Below, piece after piece: positions 53,264-63,117 of a stretch of DNA of 64,000 nt (within the stretch, counting starts at the first letter, position 1; each line of letters begins with the position of its first letter). Origin of the DNA: an uncultured Fibrobacteria bacterium (GTDB lineage: Bacteria > Fibrobacterota > Fibrobacteria > UBA11236); the NCBI GenBank assembly GCA_963716395.1, contig OY970309.1, positions 1,248,001 to 1,312,000 on the forward strand, written 5' to 3'. Position numbers and translations under genes: made by a program. A model generated the notes under the pieces. The model made no database searches. It was not told the DNA's origin and saw only the letters and a program-made list of their open reading frames with translations.

Positions 53264-56002
53264 ATGAATCCTTCCCTTTACCTCATCGATGTTTCGGCGC
53301 TGGCTTACCGATCTTTTTTCGCCTTCATCAAATCGCCCTTAAAGAGAAAGTCGGACGGCAAGGAAACCTCGGCCCTTTTCGGATTTGCCCAGCACATCCT
53401 GCGGCTCATCGCGGAGCGGAATCCCGATTACATCGCCTTTGTGAAGGACCTCAAAGGCCCCACCAAGCGCCACGAAAAATACGAGGACTATAAAGCCCAT
53501 CGCGAACCCATGCCCGATTCCCTGGCCGCGCAATTGCCGGATATCGACGGCTTCGTGGAGAAGTCGGGATTGCGCACCGTGGCCCTGCCCGGATACGAAG
53601 CCGATGATGTCATGGCCACCTTGGCCTTGCAGGCGCGCCGGCGGGGATGGACCTCTTACTTGGTGACCCGCGACAAGGATTTGATGCAACTCGTCGACGA
53701 CAAGATTTTCCTGTTTGATCTGGGTAAAGCCTCCGACGGCGGCTCCTTGGTGGTGGGCGCCAAGGAGGTGAAGGAAAAGTGGGGAGTGGGTCCGGAACAT
53801 ATCGTGGATTTTCTCGCCCTCGCCGGCGACAGTTCGGACAATGTTCCGGGCGTCTCCAAGGTGGGGCCCAAAACCGCGGCGGATTTGCTGAATACCTACG
53901 GATCCCTGGAAAGGGTGTATCAGAACGTCGACAACATCACCAAAAAAGCCCTGCGCGAGAACCTGATCAAGGACAAGGAGTTGGCTTTTCTCTCCCAGGA
54001 ACTGGTAACCCTGCATACGGATTTGGATTTGCCGCTGGGCCTGGAGGATTTGAAATACCCGGGTATTCGGGCGGCGGAATTGCGCCCTTACCTGGAACAA
54101 TTCGATTTGCACAGCCTGATCAAATTGATTCCCGGCGTCGACGCCAACGCGCTGGAGCCGGAGGCTCCGGCGGCGGCCAAGGAGCATCCGGGCCGATACG
54201 CCTTGGTGAATAGCGAGGAAAACCTGCGCGCCATGATGGCGGATTTGCACAAGACCCGGGTGTTGGCCGTGGATACGGAAACCACGGGGTTGGATTCCAA
54301 AACCGCGGGACTGGTCGGCATTTGTCTGTCGACGGGGAAACATACGGGTTACTATGTGGCCGTGGGCCACCGGCAGGGCCCGAACCTGGATCTGGAAATA
54401 GTCGGCGCGGCGCTGAAACCGGTGTTCGATGATCCGGATCGGATCTTGGTGTTTCACAATGCCAAATACGATTTGCCCATTCTGGCAAGACATGGATTGA
54501 TGCCCGCCGGAATCGACCGGCCCGGCAAATTGGCGGACACCATGATCGCGGCGCACTTGTGCAATCCCGGCGATCGCCAGGTTTCGCTGGATGATTTGGC
54601 CTTGAAGCATTTCGGCCACACCATGATTCCCATCGAAGCTTTGATCGGCAAAGGCAAGGCGCAGAAGAACTTCGCCGAAACGCCGCAAGACGAGGCCTGC
54701 CGCTACGGCGCCGAAGATGCCGACTACACCTGGCAGCTTTGGCGGCATTACGAAAAAGAGTTGGCCGAAAAGGATCTTGCCCGGGTATTCACCGACCTGG
54801 AAATGCCGCTGTTGCCGGTGCTCCTAGCCATGGAGCAAAAAGGCGTGGCCATCGATACTGACGCCTTGCACGGCCTGTCACAGGATTTGCACACGGAAAT
54901 CACGCGGCTGGAAAAAGAAATCCATCAGCTCGCGGGGCATGATTTCAACGTCAATTCCACCCAGCAATTGCAGCAGGTGCTATTCGACGAATTGCATCTC
55001 AAAACCGGAAAGAAAACCAAAACCGGATTTTCCACGGATTCCGCCGTGTTGCAAAGACTCGAAGGCGAACACGACATCGTGGGTCGCATTCTCGAATACC
55101 GCGAAATGACCAAGCTGCAATCCACCTATGTGGAAACCTTGCCTACGCTTGTGCATTCCGTCACACATCGCGTACACACCACCTATTCACAGGTCATCGC
55201 GGCCACGGGGCGGTTGTCGAGCGTTAACCCGAATCTGCAGAACATTCCCATCCGCACCGAACTCGGCCGCAAAATCCGCAGTTGTTTCGTGGCGCCCAAG
55301 GGGCGCCGGCTTTTGGCTGCCGATTATTCGCAAATCGAATTGCGCCTGCTGGCGCATTTGAGCGGCGACCCGGCCTTGAAAGAAGCCTACCGCCAAGGCC
55401 TCGACATCCATGCCCGCACGGCGGCGGCCTTGTTCCAGGTGCCGGAGGAGCAGGTCACTTCCGACATGCGGCGCGCGGCCAAGGTGGTGAACTTCGGCGT
55501 GCTGTACGGCATGGGTTCGCAGCGCCTGTCGCAGCAGCTCAAGATTCCGCGCGATCAGGCCAAGAATTTCATCGAGAATTATTTCGCCACCTTTGCGCGC
55601 GTGGATCTCTTCATTCGCGAAACCGTGGATCAGGCGCGCCGGCGGGGTTATGTCGAAACCCTGTCGGGCCGGCGGCGTTACCTGCCCGATCTCCACTCCG
55701 ACAGCCCCATGCTCAAGGAGCAGGCCGAGCGCATCGCGGTCAACACTCCCGTGCAAGGCAGTGCGGCCGACCTCATTAAAATCGCCATGATCCATATCCA
55801 TCGCCGGTTGCAGAAGGAAAAGTTGCCTTGCGACATGCTGCTGCAAGTGCACGACGAGCTAATTTTCGAAGTCGATCACGACGCGGTGGAAGAGGCCGCA
55901 AAACTGGTCAAACAGGAAATGGAACATGCCATGGAGTTGTCGGTGCCCTTGGTGGTCGCCATGGGCAGCGGCCAAAATTGGCTTGCAGCCAAGGAAGAGT
56001 GA
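53264..56002 (+). CDS. polA: DNA polymerase I with intact 3'-5' exonuclease motifs
   Basis: YEADD, GDSSDN, DTETTG, HNAKYD, YGAEDAD, ADYSQIELR, KVVNFGVLYG, QVHDEL. Confidence 0.98.
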   Translation: MNPSLYLIDVSALAYRSFFAFIKSPLKRKSDGKETSALFGFAQHILRLIAERNPDYIAFVKDLKGPTKRHEKYEDYKAHREPMPDSLAAQLPDIDGFVEKSGLRTVALPGYEADDVMATLALQARRRGWTSYLVTRDKDLMQLVDDKIFLFDLGKASDGGSLVVGAKEVKEKWGVGPEHIVDFLALAGDSSDNVPGVSKVGPKTAADLLNTYGSLERVYQNVDNITKKALRENLIKDKELAFLSQELVTLHTDLDLPLGLEDLKYPGIRAAELRPYLEQFDLHSLIKLIPGVDANALEPEAPAAAKEHPGRYALVNSEENLRAMMADLHKTRVLAVDTETTGLDSKTAGLVGICLSTGKHTGYYVAVGHRQGPNLDLEIVGAALKPVFDDPDRILVFHNAKYDLPILARHGLMPAGIDRPGKLADTMIAAHLCNPGDRQVSLDDLALKHFGHTMIPIEALIGKGKAQKNFAETPQDEACRYGAEDADYTWQLWRHYEKELAEKDLARVFTDLEMPLLPVLLAMEQKGVAIDTDALHGLSQDLHTEITRLEKEIHQLAGHDFNVNSTQQLQQVLFDELHLKTGKKTKTGFSTDSAVLQRLEGEHDIVGRILEYREMTKLQSTYVETLPTLVHSVTHRVHTTYSQVIAATGRLSSVNPNLQNIPIRTELGRKIRSCFVAPKGRRLLAADYSQIELRLLAHLSGDPALKEAYRQGLDIHARTAAALFQVPEEQVTSDMRRAAKVVNFGVLYGMGSQRLSQQLKIPRDQAKNFIENYFATFARVDLFIRETVDQARRRGYVETLSGRRRYLPDLHSDSPMLKEQAERIAVNTPVQGSAADLIKIAMIHIHRRLQKEKLPCDMLLQVHDELIFEVDHDAVEEAAKLVKQEMEHAMELSVPLVVAMGSGQNWLAAKEE

Positions 56003-56036
56003 CGGGGTATCCGCCGAATACGGACTGGGCTTGGGT

Positions 56037-56450
56037 TTATCTCACGACTTGCGCCAAGGTCTTTAACTTCGTGACCCAAGGCGTGGTCGTGCGCTCGGCG
56101 GTCAGCAACGGAGCCCGCTGTTGCAAGGCGAGATGGATGAAGACGGCGTCATAGGCGGTGGCTTCGAATTCCAGGGCGGTTTGCAGCACGTTTTCCACGG
56201 AAGGATTCACCACTTCCAGCGGGGCGTCCAAGTGCAACTGATATATCTCGCCGGCCAACTCCTTTTTGATTTCTCCACGCCGGACCAAGGTGCGGAGAAC
56301 GTTCGCAAATTCGATGAAATGGAGATCGGGAACCAGCAAGCGGACCCTTCCCTGCAAAAACCGCTCGCGCCAGGTTTTCGCGCTCCCGGAAAAAGCTTCG
56401 GGCAAATACCAGGCGATGGCGACGCTGGTGTCGAGTACGTGAGCCGTCAT
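56037..56450 (-). CDS. vapC: VapC PIN-domain toxin
   Basis: VLDTSVAIAW, EFANVL, YDAVFIHLA, LLTAE. Confidence 0.9.
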   Translation of the reverse strand: MTAHVLDTSVAIAWYLPEAFSGSAKTWRERFLQGRVRLLVPDLHFIEFANVLRTLVRRGEIKKELAGEIYQLHLDAPLEVVNPSVENVLQTALEFEATAYDAVFIHLALQQRAPLLTAERTTTPWVTKLKTLAQVVR

Positions 56451-56686
56451 GCGCGTTCGCGGGCTTCCCGAAGGATTTTAAACGGAGTCTCCCGCAGCTT
56501 GATCCCAGAAAGCTTGTTCTCCAGTTCCTGGACCCGGCTTTGATACGAAAGGGTTTTTTGTTCCGCGGCCCGGGTCCGAATGAAAACCGATAACGCCTCT
56601 TCGACCAGGCCGCGTTTGGAGTCGGCGTGACTGTATTTCCGGGCTTCGGCCATGAGATCGTCGTTCAAAACGAGGTTGGTGCGCAT
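56447..56686 (-). CDS. vapB: VapB antitoxin
   Basis: MRTNLVLNDDLMAEA...SKRGLVEEAL; overlaps the vapC start. Confidence 0.88.
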   Translation of the reverse strand: MRTNLVLNDDLMAEARKYSHADSKRGLVEEALSVFIRTRAAEQKTLSYQSRVQELENKLSGIKLRETPFKILREARERA

Positions 56687-56693
56687 ACACATT

Positions 56694-56722
56694 ATGATAC
56701 ACATAGTGTATTGAATCGTCAA
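56694..56722 (-). promoter_or_regulatory. Sigma70 promoter and operator of vapBC locus 2 (leaderless)
   Basis: TTGACG-N17-TATCAT-N7-ATG; palindrome ATACAC-ATA-GTGTAT at 56697-56711. Confidence 0.75.
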
Positions 56723-56903
56723 GAAAGTGAACTCTTCCGCGCACAATTGCCTCGCCCGTGGTTAACTTTTCCCGATAACCTCCCCCCGGAATCGACATGC
56801 CCAGCCCCCCCGGCCCGAAGGATCAGCCCGAAGCCGCTTCGTCCGGAAACAGGCAGGACTTCCTTCCGATGCCTGCGGCGGCAACCGGATATGAGGTCGG
56901 GCC

Positions 56904-57512
56904 ATGAGCCGTATTTTGATCGGCGTGACGGGCAATATCGCCAGCGGCAAAAGCCTGGTGGCCCGCCGCTTTCAGGAAAAAGGTTGCGCCCTTATCGACG
57001 CCGACAAGGTGGCGCATGAGCTGTATGCCGGCAACCGCACCTTGGTGCAGCAATTGGCGGCCGAGTTCGGCCCGGAAATCGTTCTGCCCGGTGGGGTGTT
57101 GGATCGCAAGCGCCTGGGCGCGCGCGTCTTCGGCGACCCCGAGTCGCTGGCCACTTTGAATCGCATTGTGCACCCGCATCTTCTGGTGGCTGTGCGCGAG
57201 CGCATTTTTTCGGCCTCGCGCGTGATGACGCGCGTGGTCCTGGACGCGGCCCTGATCGTCGAATGGGGAACCCAGCGCGAAATGGATCACTTGGTGCTGG
57301 TCACCGCGCCTGAGGGTTTGCGGCGGCAGCGGTTGATGGAGCGCGACGGCCTGAGCGAGGCCGAGGCTGCACGGCGCATCGGCAGCCAGATGCCCGAAGA
57401 CCAGAAGCGCCCCTTTGCCGACCATGAAATCGCCAACGAGGGCGGCCTCCCCGAGTTGACGCAGCGGGCGGACGCCGTGTGGGAAACGTTGGAGCGCTCC
57501 TTCGCCGCATGA
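56904..57512 (+). CDS. coaE: Dephospho-CoA kinase
   Basis: IGVTGNIASGKS, IDAD, LDRKRLG, LNRIVHP, RIGSQM. Confidence 0.95.
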   Translation: MSRILIGVTGNIASGKSLVARRFQEKGCALIDADKVAHELYAGNRTLVQQLAAEFGPEIVLPGGVLDRKRLGARVFGDPESLATLNRIVHPHLLVAVRERIFSASRVMTRVVLDAALIVEWGTQREMDHLVLVTAPEGLRRQRLMERDGLSEAEAARRIGSQMPEDQKRPFADHEIANEGGLPELTQRADAVWETLERSFAA

Positions 57513-58231
57513 ACAGACGCCTGTGGATGATGGCGGCGCTGGGCGCCCTGTTGGGCGTGGCGTTGGGCGTCTGGCATGCCGAGCACCGCGACGCGCTCAA
57601 CCATCTTTTCCCCGCGGACAAGCTTCAGGGGTTCGAACAAGGAACACAGATATTTATCGATACGAATCTCACATCCAAAACCATAACTGGCGGGGCCATC
57701 CTCATCGCCCAGGCCATCACGCCCGGCGCAATACCGCCGGACCGTCTCGGACCCACCTGTCTCGGCGTTTTGAAAAGCCTCTTGCTGCAACGCCCCCATA
57801 CCGATTGGATTTGCGTGTTCGTGGCGGAAGACACGGATTTGGCCGCCACCTCCAATTGGCTGGCCGAGGCCGAGTATCATCGCGGTCGGGTGACCTTGCG
57901 CGGCGGCCCGCCCACGCCGCGGCAAATCGATTCGCTCCGATCGCTCGGCCTGGGAGTGCATCATCCCACTCCCGCCGAAGCGGCTCTCATCAATGCCGCC
58001 TTTGAAGCCATGCCGGGCCTTAAAGCCGATCGCTGGCAACTGTCGCAATCACTGCGCGGGCCGTCGACGGCCAACCTCGATCGTGAAACCTGCTTAAACC
58101 CGGAATTGGAAACGCATGCCCTGTACCTGGTGGGCAAAAGCCACGGAATGAACGAAATGCAGGTCCGCGATTTGGTGCTGGCGGTGACGCGCTATTATTG
58201 GCTCCGGGCCGGAATACCATGGACGTATTGA
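57509..58231 (+). CDS. Hypothetical membrane-anchored protein
   Basis: ATGA overlap with coaE, N-terminal TM segment. Confidence 0.65.
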   Translation: MNRRLWMMAALGALLGVALGVWHAEHRDALNHLFPADKLQGFEQGTQIFIDTNLTSKTITGGAILIAQAITPGAIPPDRLGPTCLGVLKSLLLQRPHTDWICVFVAEDTDLAATSNWLAEAEYHRGRVTLRGGPPTPRQIDSLRSLGLGVHHPTPAEAALINAAFEAMPGLKADRWQLSQSLRGPSTANLDRETCLNPELETHALYLVGKSHGMNEMQVRDLVLAVTRYYWLRAGIPWTY

Positions 58232-58301
58232 TGCTTACTGCGGCGGGTCCGGGATTTCGATCCGCGTCCCGCGGTGTCTTGCGCCGAACCGGGACGAAAG
58301 C

Positions 58302-59159
58302 ATGAGCGCCCACCTCACGTCCGAAGCGTTGGCAGCCTGGGCCGAAGGCGTCGAACCCGGGTCGGAAGAAAAAAAACATGTGGAAGCATGCGTGCGATGC
58401 GGACAGGCCTTGGACGCCTGGCGTCATTATATCGCTGCCAGGAATTCCTTGCGCAGCATGGAGCGGCCCGTAGGCCGTGCGCGTCGCCTGCAGGCCCGCC
58501 GGGAAGCCGAATCGGCCGGGCCGTGGAGAAAATGGGTAAACGCACTGTTTCTTCCCTGGCGGAGAAAAATTCCTTTGGAGTTGGCGGCGGCGGGTTTGGC
58601 GGTTTTGCTCCTGGTATTGGTTTGGCCGGGTCGGCGCGCCGAAAGTTCGGGAGCTTGGGTCGCACAAAAACCGCTGGTTTATCAATCCGATGAGGCCAAG
58701 GATCTCCCCGCCTTCGAAAAAGCGCAGCCATCGGCGGTGGACGCGAATAAAGATCTGGCCGAAACTCCCGAACCGCCGAAGCCCCCCGAACCGACGGAGT
58801 TGGGGGCGATGCTGAAAAAATCCGCGCCGGCACCATTGTCCGGATCGGCCTCCGCAGTGCTGGCCGAGCAGGAAGAAGCCGCGCCTCCCATCAACGGGCC
58901 GGCCGTCTTGATTCAGGAGGGGACCGGAAAAACGCCGGATACGGCCGGATCCTTCCAGCTTACCGCCGCGCAGGATTCGCTGCTGCGCACTTTGGGGTTT
59001 CGTCGGATTTCGCGGGGAAAAATTACGGCCTACATTTTGAAGACGAAAACCGCCCGCGTCGGCCCTTTGCATGTGCGACTGCAAGCATTCGCTTTGGACG
59101 GCCGTTGCCGCGTCCACCGGATTCCGGCCTCGGATTCGGTGCGCCTCGAAATCCGGTAG
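58302..59159 (+). CDS. ZAS (zf-HC2) anti-sigma-like membrane protein
   Basis: H...HVEACVRC (HxxxCxxC), a single TM helix, then a Pro-rich extracytoplasmic region. Confidence 0.7.
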   Translation: MSAHLTSEALAAWAEGVEPGSEEKKHVEACVRCGQALDAWRHYIAARNSLRSMERPVGRARRLQARREAESAGPWRKWVNALFLPWRRKIPLELAAAGLAVLLLVLVWPGRRAESSGAWVAQKPLVYQSDEAKDLPAFEKAQPSAVDANKDLAETPEPPKPPEPTELGAMLKKSAPAPLSGSASAVLAEQEEAAPPINGPAVLIQEGTGKTPDTAGSFQLTAAQDSLLRTLGFRRISRGKITAYILKTKTARVGPLHVRLQAFALDGRCRVHRIPASDSVRLEIR

Positions 59160-59204
59160 ATTCACAACCCCGAAATCGTCGGGCGCGGGTGTTATCTTCG
59201 GGCC

Positions 59205-60422
59205 ATGGTCATCGAGGCCCATCAAACATTGGTGCTTTTGTCGGGACTCATCGTCCTGGCTTTTTTCTACGAACACCTGGCGCGCCTAAGCCGTGTTCCC
59301 GTGGTGATTTTTCTTTTGGCCACGGGCATGCTGCTGCGTCTGGCCGCGGAGATTTTTCACGCGCCGATACCCGATCTGGCCATGTGGCTGCCCATGCTGG
59401 GCATGGTGGGCCTGGTGCTGATCGTATTCGAGGCCGCGTTGGATCTGGAAATCGAACGCAGCCGCCTGCCGAGGATCGGAAAAAGCGCGCTGTGCGCCGC
59501 GGCCATTCTCGCCGCCACCGGCGCTCTCATCGCCTGGGTGTTTCACTTTTGGACCGGCGCGCCGTATCGGTTGGCCTGGATCAACGCCGTTCCCCTGGCC
59601 GTGATCAGCAGCGCCATCGCCATTCCCAGCGCACAGGGGCTGGATCCCGAGCGTCGCGAATTCATCGTGTATGAGTCGACCTTTTCCGACATCTTCGGCA
59701 TTCTGCTTTTCAATTTCCTTTCCGCCGGAACCGGAATGACCTGGCACGCTTCCCTGGGACGAATGGTCCTCGAAATTGGAATCGTGGTCCTATTTTCCGC
59801 GGCCAGCATCGTATTCATTGGATGGATGTTGGCGCGCAACCGATCCGGCAACAAGCTGGCTTTGCTTCTGGCCATTTTGGTCTTGGTGTTCGCGGGCGGC
59901 AAATGGGCCCACCTTCCCACCTTGCTGCTGGTTTTCGGGTTGGGGATCAGCCTCAATAACGCCCGCTTGGCCGGGCCATGGCTGCAAAAAATCGGTGTGC
60001 GCCTGCGCGATCTGCGCTGGGAGATGCGTTTTTTAAAACGCCTCACCTCCGAGATCACCTTTCTGGTGCGCACCTATTTCTTCATTCTTTTCGGACTTTC
60101 GGTATCGCGGTCGGCCTTCACCGGCCTTCCTGCCGTGGCCTTCAGCCTGATCATTTGTGCCGCCATTCTCGGCGTGCGCGCCGGCGCGTTGTGGGGCGTG
60201 TTTCGAAGCTCGGTGTTTCCCGAGGTTTTCATCGCGCCCCGGGGCCTCATCACCATTTTGCTGTTTTATTCCATTCCGCGCCGCGATTTGCTCCCGCAGG
60301 TGTCGCATGACGTGGTGCTCATCGTGGTGTTGGCTTCGATTCTGGGCATGGCCGCCGCGTTGTTCTTTCAGCGCAAACGCGCCGCGCCGGTCGAAGCGTC
60401 GCACGCCGTGGAAGCCGGTTAG
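59205..60422 (+). CDS. Cation:proton antiporter (CPA1-like)
   Basis: About 12 TM, ISSAIAIP, YESTFSDIFG, APRGLIT. Confidence 0.88.
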   Translation: MVIEAHQTLVLLSGLIVLAFFYEHLARLSRVPVVIFLLATGMLLRLAAEIFHAPIPDLAMWLPMLGMVGLVLIVFEAALDLEIERSRLPRIGKSALCAAAILAATGALIAWVFHFWTGAPYRLAWINAVPLAVISSAIAIPSAQGLDPERREFIVYESTFSDIFGILLFNFLSAGTGMTWHASLGRMVLEIGIVVLFSAASIVFIGWMLARNRSGNKLALLLAILVLVFAGGKWAHLPTLLLVFGLGISLNNARLAGPWLQKIGVRLRDLRWEMRFLKRLTSEITFLVRTYFFILFGLSVSRSAFTGLPAVAFSLIICAAILGVRAGALWGVFRSSVFPEVFIAPRGLITILLFYSIPRRDLLPQVSHDVVLIVVLASILGMAAALFFQRKRAAPVEASHAVEAG

Positions 60423-62239
60423 CCGGCCGCCGGGTTTTCCGGTGGTGGGGGCGGAATGGCCGGCGTGTTGCCGTCGCGCATGGCCCGGAAATGAGGCGAG
60501 CAGATTTCCACGCCCGCGCGTTGGAAGGCGTCCTGAATGTTTTGGTGCAGGCGGGAATAAGTATTGATCATCTCACGGGCCGAGTCCGTGGCCGCATTCA
60601 CTTCGTAGCGCACGTAGAAGTCATCCAAAGCGCGTTGCAAAACAAAGGGGTCCGGAAACAACAGCAGGCCTTCGGTGGCTTTCACCGCGTCCAGCAGCAA
60701 TGCATGCACCTGGCGCCAGGGAACGTTGTAGCCGATGGTCACGGCAGTATGCAGCATCAGCCGATCCGCGGAGTCGGCCGCGGCCGAATAGTTGTAGGTG
60801 TTTCCCGAAAGCAGGAGCGAATTGGGAACCGTCACGATTTCATTATGCACGGCCGTGCGCAAGCGCGTCACGAGCAGCGTTTTCTCGATCACGTCTCCGC
60901 TGATGTCCCCTACGCGAATGCGATCGCCCTGGCGAAAGGAGCGCATATAGGTGATCACCAAACCCGCCACGATATTGGAGAACGCCGAAGACGATCCCAA
61001 GGAAAATAACACGCCCAGAAAAACCGAAACCCCTTTGAACACGGGGGAATGACTGCCGGGCAAATAGGGAAACACGGCCACCAGCACCAGGGCATACACG
61101 ATGAAGCGGAAAATGTTGAGGGTGGGGTGGGCCCAATCCTCGTAAAACCCGGGAATGCGGATGTTGCCGTTTCCGATTTCGCGGGACAATTTGCGCAAGG
61201 CGCGCATGATGAAGTGGGCGATCACGAAGATCACCAGGATGTTGAGCAGGCTGGGCAGATAGGCGAAGAAACCCCACAACACGCGGCGAAAGGGATCAAA
61301 GGTCCACCGCAGTACCTGGGCGGCGAAATCGCGCGTCCAGGGGAAGAAGGCAAAGGAAACCAGCATGGCCGCATAGGCCAACAAGAGATGGGCGATCCAA
61401 CCGGCGATGCGCAGTCCGATGAGAGTGGTGTCGCGGAATTGGGTGTCGGAAAAAACGGTGACCCTTTGGAATTTCAAAGGCCGGAATGATCGACGCGCCA
61501 AGTTCGTCTTGAGGCGCGACAAATACCGAAACAACAAGAATTCCAAAAGCACCAGGGCCAGACCGGTGAGCCCGGCACCGGCCGCGCGGCCCAGGGCATG
61601 CCACAATTCCGTGCCCCGGCGCGCCTGCTGCAAAGCCGCTTGCACCCGGGTGCGCCATTGCCAGGCCAGGGCCTGGCGGCCGACTCCCGCCCAATCCGCA
61701 TCCTGATCGGTGATGGTCAAAAGCGGCCGGCCGAGATACTCCAACTCCGAACCCGCGTCGATTTCAGAAACGCCGAGGGAATCGGCCAGAAACAGCGGCT
61801 CTTGCAACAAGGTGGTGAGTCGGCGGTGAATGGCTTCGGCGCGTTCAACCGGCGAAAAAGCCCCGATACCGGAGTACAGCAGAAACAAGGTGTCGCTTTT
61901 CAAGCGCACCGGCGTGCCAGCCCGCGTGCCGCGCAGGCGCGCGATCGCGACGCGGCGCAAGGCGTTGCGCAGCGAGTCGTGCTGCCGCAAGCTGTCCAGT
62001 TGGCGGCGCAGACTGTCGAGGGCATGCGGGCTCAGATTTTGCGGAGCCAGTACGCGATTCGCGGCCGCAATCGCCTTGAGAGAGTCGTGGCGCGAGGCGG
62101 TGTCGGCGGTGGAATCGGCCTGAACTACCGTCGGGAGCGCGCGCGTCGAGTCGGGTCTTGCAGAAAGCAAAGGCGCGGCGCCGGCCAAGTTAAGGCACAA
62201 TGCGCCCAGGGCCCATTTGTGTCGGAGACGAGGCTGCAT
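60419..62239 (-). CDS. mscS: MscS-family mechanosensitive channel with large periplasmic N-domain
   Basis: NIVAGL...FRQGDRIRVGDISGDV...VPNS, VTIGYNVPW, GVEICSPH. Confidence 0.9.
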   Translation of the reverse strand: MQPRLRHKWALGALCLNLAGAAPLLSARPDSTRALPTVVQADSTADTASRHDSLKAIAAANRVLAPQNLSPHALDSLRRQLDSLRQHDSLRNALRRVAIARLRGTRAGTPVRLKSDTLFLLYSGIGAFSPVERAEAIHRRLTTLLQEPLFLADSLGVSEIDAGSELEYLGRPLLTITDQDADWAGVGRQALAWQWRTRVQAALQQARRGTELWHALGRAAGAGLTGLALVLLEFLLFRYLSRLKTNLARRSFRPLKFQRVTVFSDTQFRDTTLIGLRIAGWIAHLLLAYAAMLVSFAFFPWTRDFAAQVLRWTFDPFRRVLWGFFAYLPSLLNILVIFVIAHFIMRALRKLSREIGNGNIRIPGFYEDWAHPTLNIFRFIVYALVLVAVFPYLPGSHSPVFKGVSVFLGVLFSLGSSSAFSNIVAGLVITYMRSFRQGDRIRVGDISGDVIEKTLLVTRLRTAVHNEIVTVPNSLLLSGNTYNYSAAADSADRLMLHTAVTIGYNVPWRQVHALLLDAVKATEGLLLFPDPFVLQRALDDFYVRYEVNAATDSAREMINTYSRLHQNIQDAFQRAGVEICSPHFRAMRDGNTPAIPPPPPENPAAG

Positions 62240-62367
62240 CGGTGCAATAATAAGTTTCGGCTAGAGGTACCCTACACTCTCTCGGACGGAAGTTTTGGGG
62301 CTGAATCCGGGCGGAATCGCCGCGACGCCATAACCGGGATAAGTGGAGATTTAGATTCATTGCCAGC

Positions 62368-63117
62368 ATGAGTTCTCTTGCGACCTTACTGGGCTTGGCG
62401 ATGGCACTTGGTTGCGGAGCCTGCGCGCGTCCCCGAAGCGCTTCCCGCTCGATTCCGCTGATGGGTAAAGCCGAGGAGGCGGCGGAATATTGGTCGCCGG
62501 GTGGCCGGGTGCGGGTCGAATTCCAGGTGGATACGGCGGCTCCGCCGGATTCGATTTCGGGCCGAGACGGTTTTGTGAAGTACGCGCTGGTGTTTTTGAA
62601 TCGGGGCGGCGCCCTCTTGGCGCACAGCGATTATTCCGAGGTGTATGTCTGGGCGCCCGGCGGCGGCGCACCCGAAGCGACGGCCGCTATATTCGCGCAC
62701 ATCGGGTGGAGTCCGGGCGAAACCGTGGCGTGGCTGCCGCCCGAGCGTTGGGAAGGCGCGTCGAGAACGCCGCGGCGCAAACTCGTCAACCTCAAGGCCG
62801 GTTCCACCTGGAAAACGGTCTCCCTGCGTTTCCGGAATGCGCGCTGGATCGACTCCGTGGATGTGGCGGGAGAGCAACCGGAAAAATGCGGATCGGATCT
62901 CGCCTTGTTCGATGCCCGAACCGGCCAGACCCGCGTCCTCTTTCCCGGCGGCCAAGGCGTCGACTACCGCATCGATAGTTTTATCGCGCCTAATCTGCGG
63001 GTGCAAACTGCGGCCGCCGAATGCCCGGGCACCGGTAAGGGAGCGGTGGCATCGGCCTGTCTGCAAATCGACATTCATCATCAAAATGCCGTTCCCCAAC
63101 CTTGTCGGGAAAAATGA
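62368..63117 (+). CDS. Putative lipoprotein
   Basis: Signal peptide ending ALGC; beta-rich body with WSPG repeats. Confidence 0.6.
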   Translation: MSSLATLLGLAMALGCGACARPRSASRSIPLMGKAEEAAEYWSPGGRVRVEFQVDTAAPPDSISGRDGFVKYALVFLNRGGALLAHSDYSEVYVWAPGGGAPEATAAIFAHIGWSPGETVAWLPPERWEGASRTPRRKLVNLKAGSTWKTVSLRFRNARWIDSVDVAGEQPEKCGSDLALFDARTGQTRVLFPGGQGVDYRIDSFIAPNLRVQTAAAECPGTGKGAVASACLQIDIHHQNAVPQPCREK

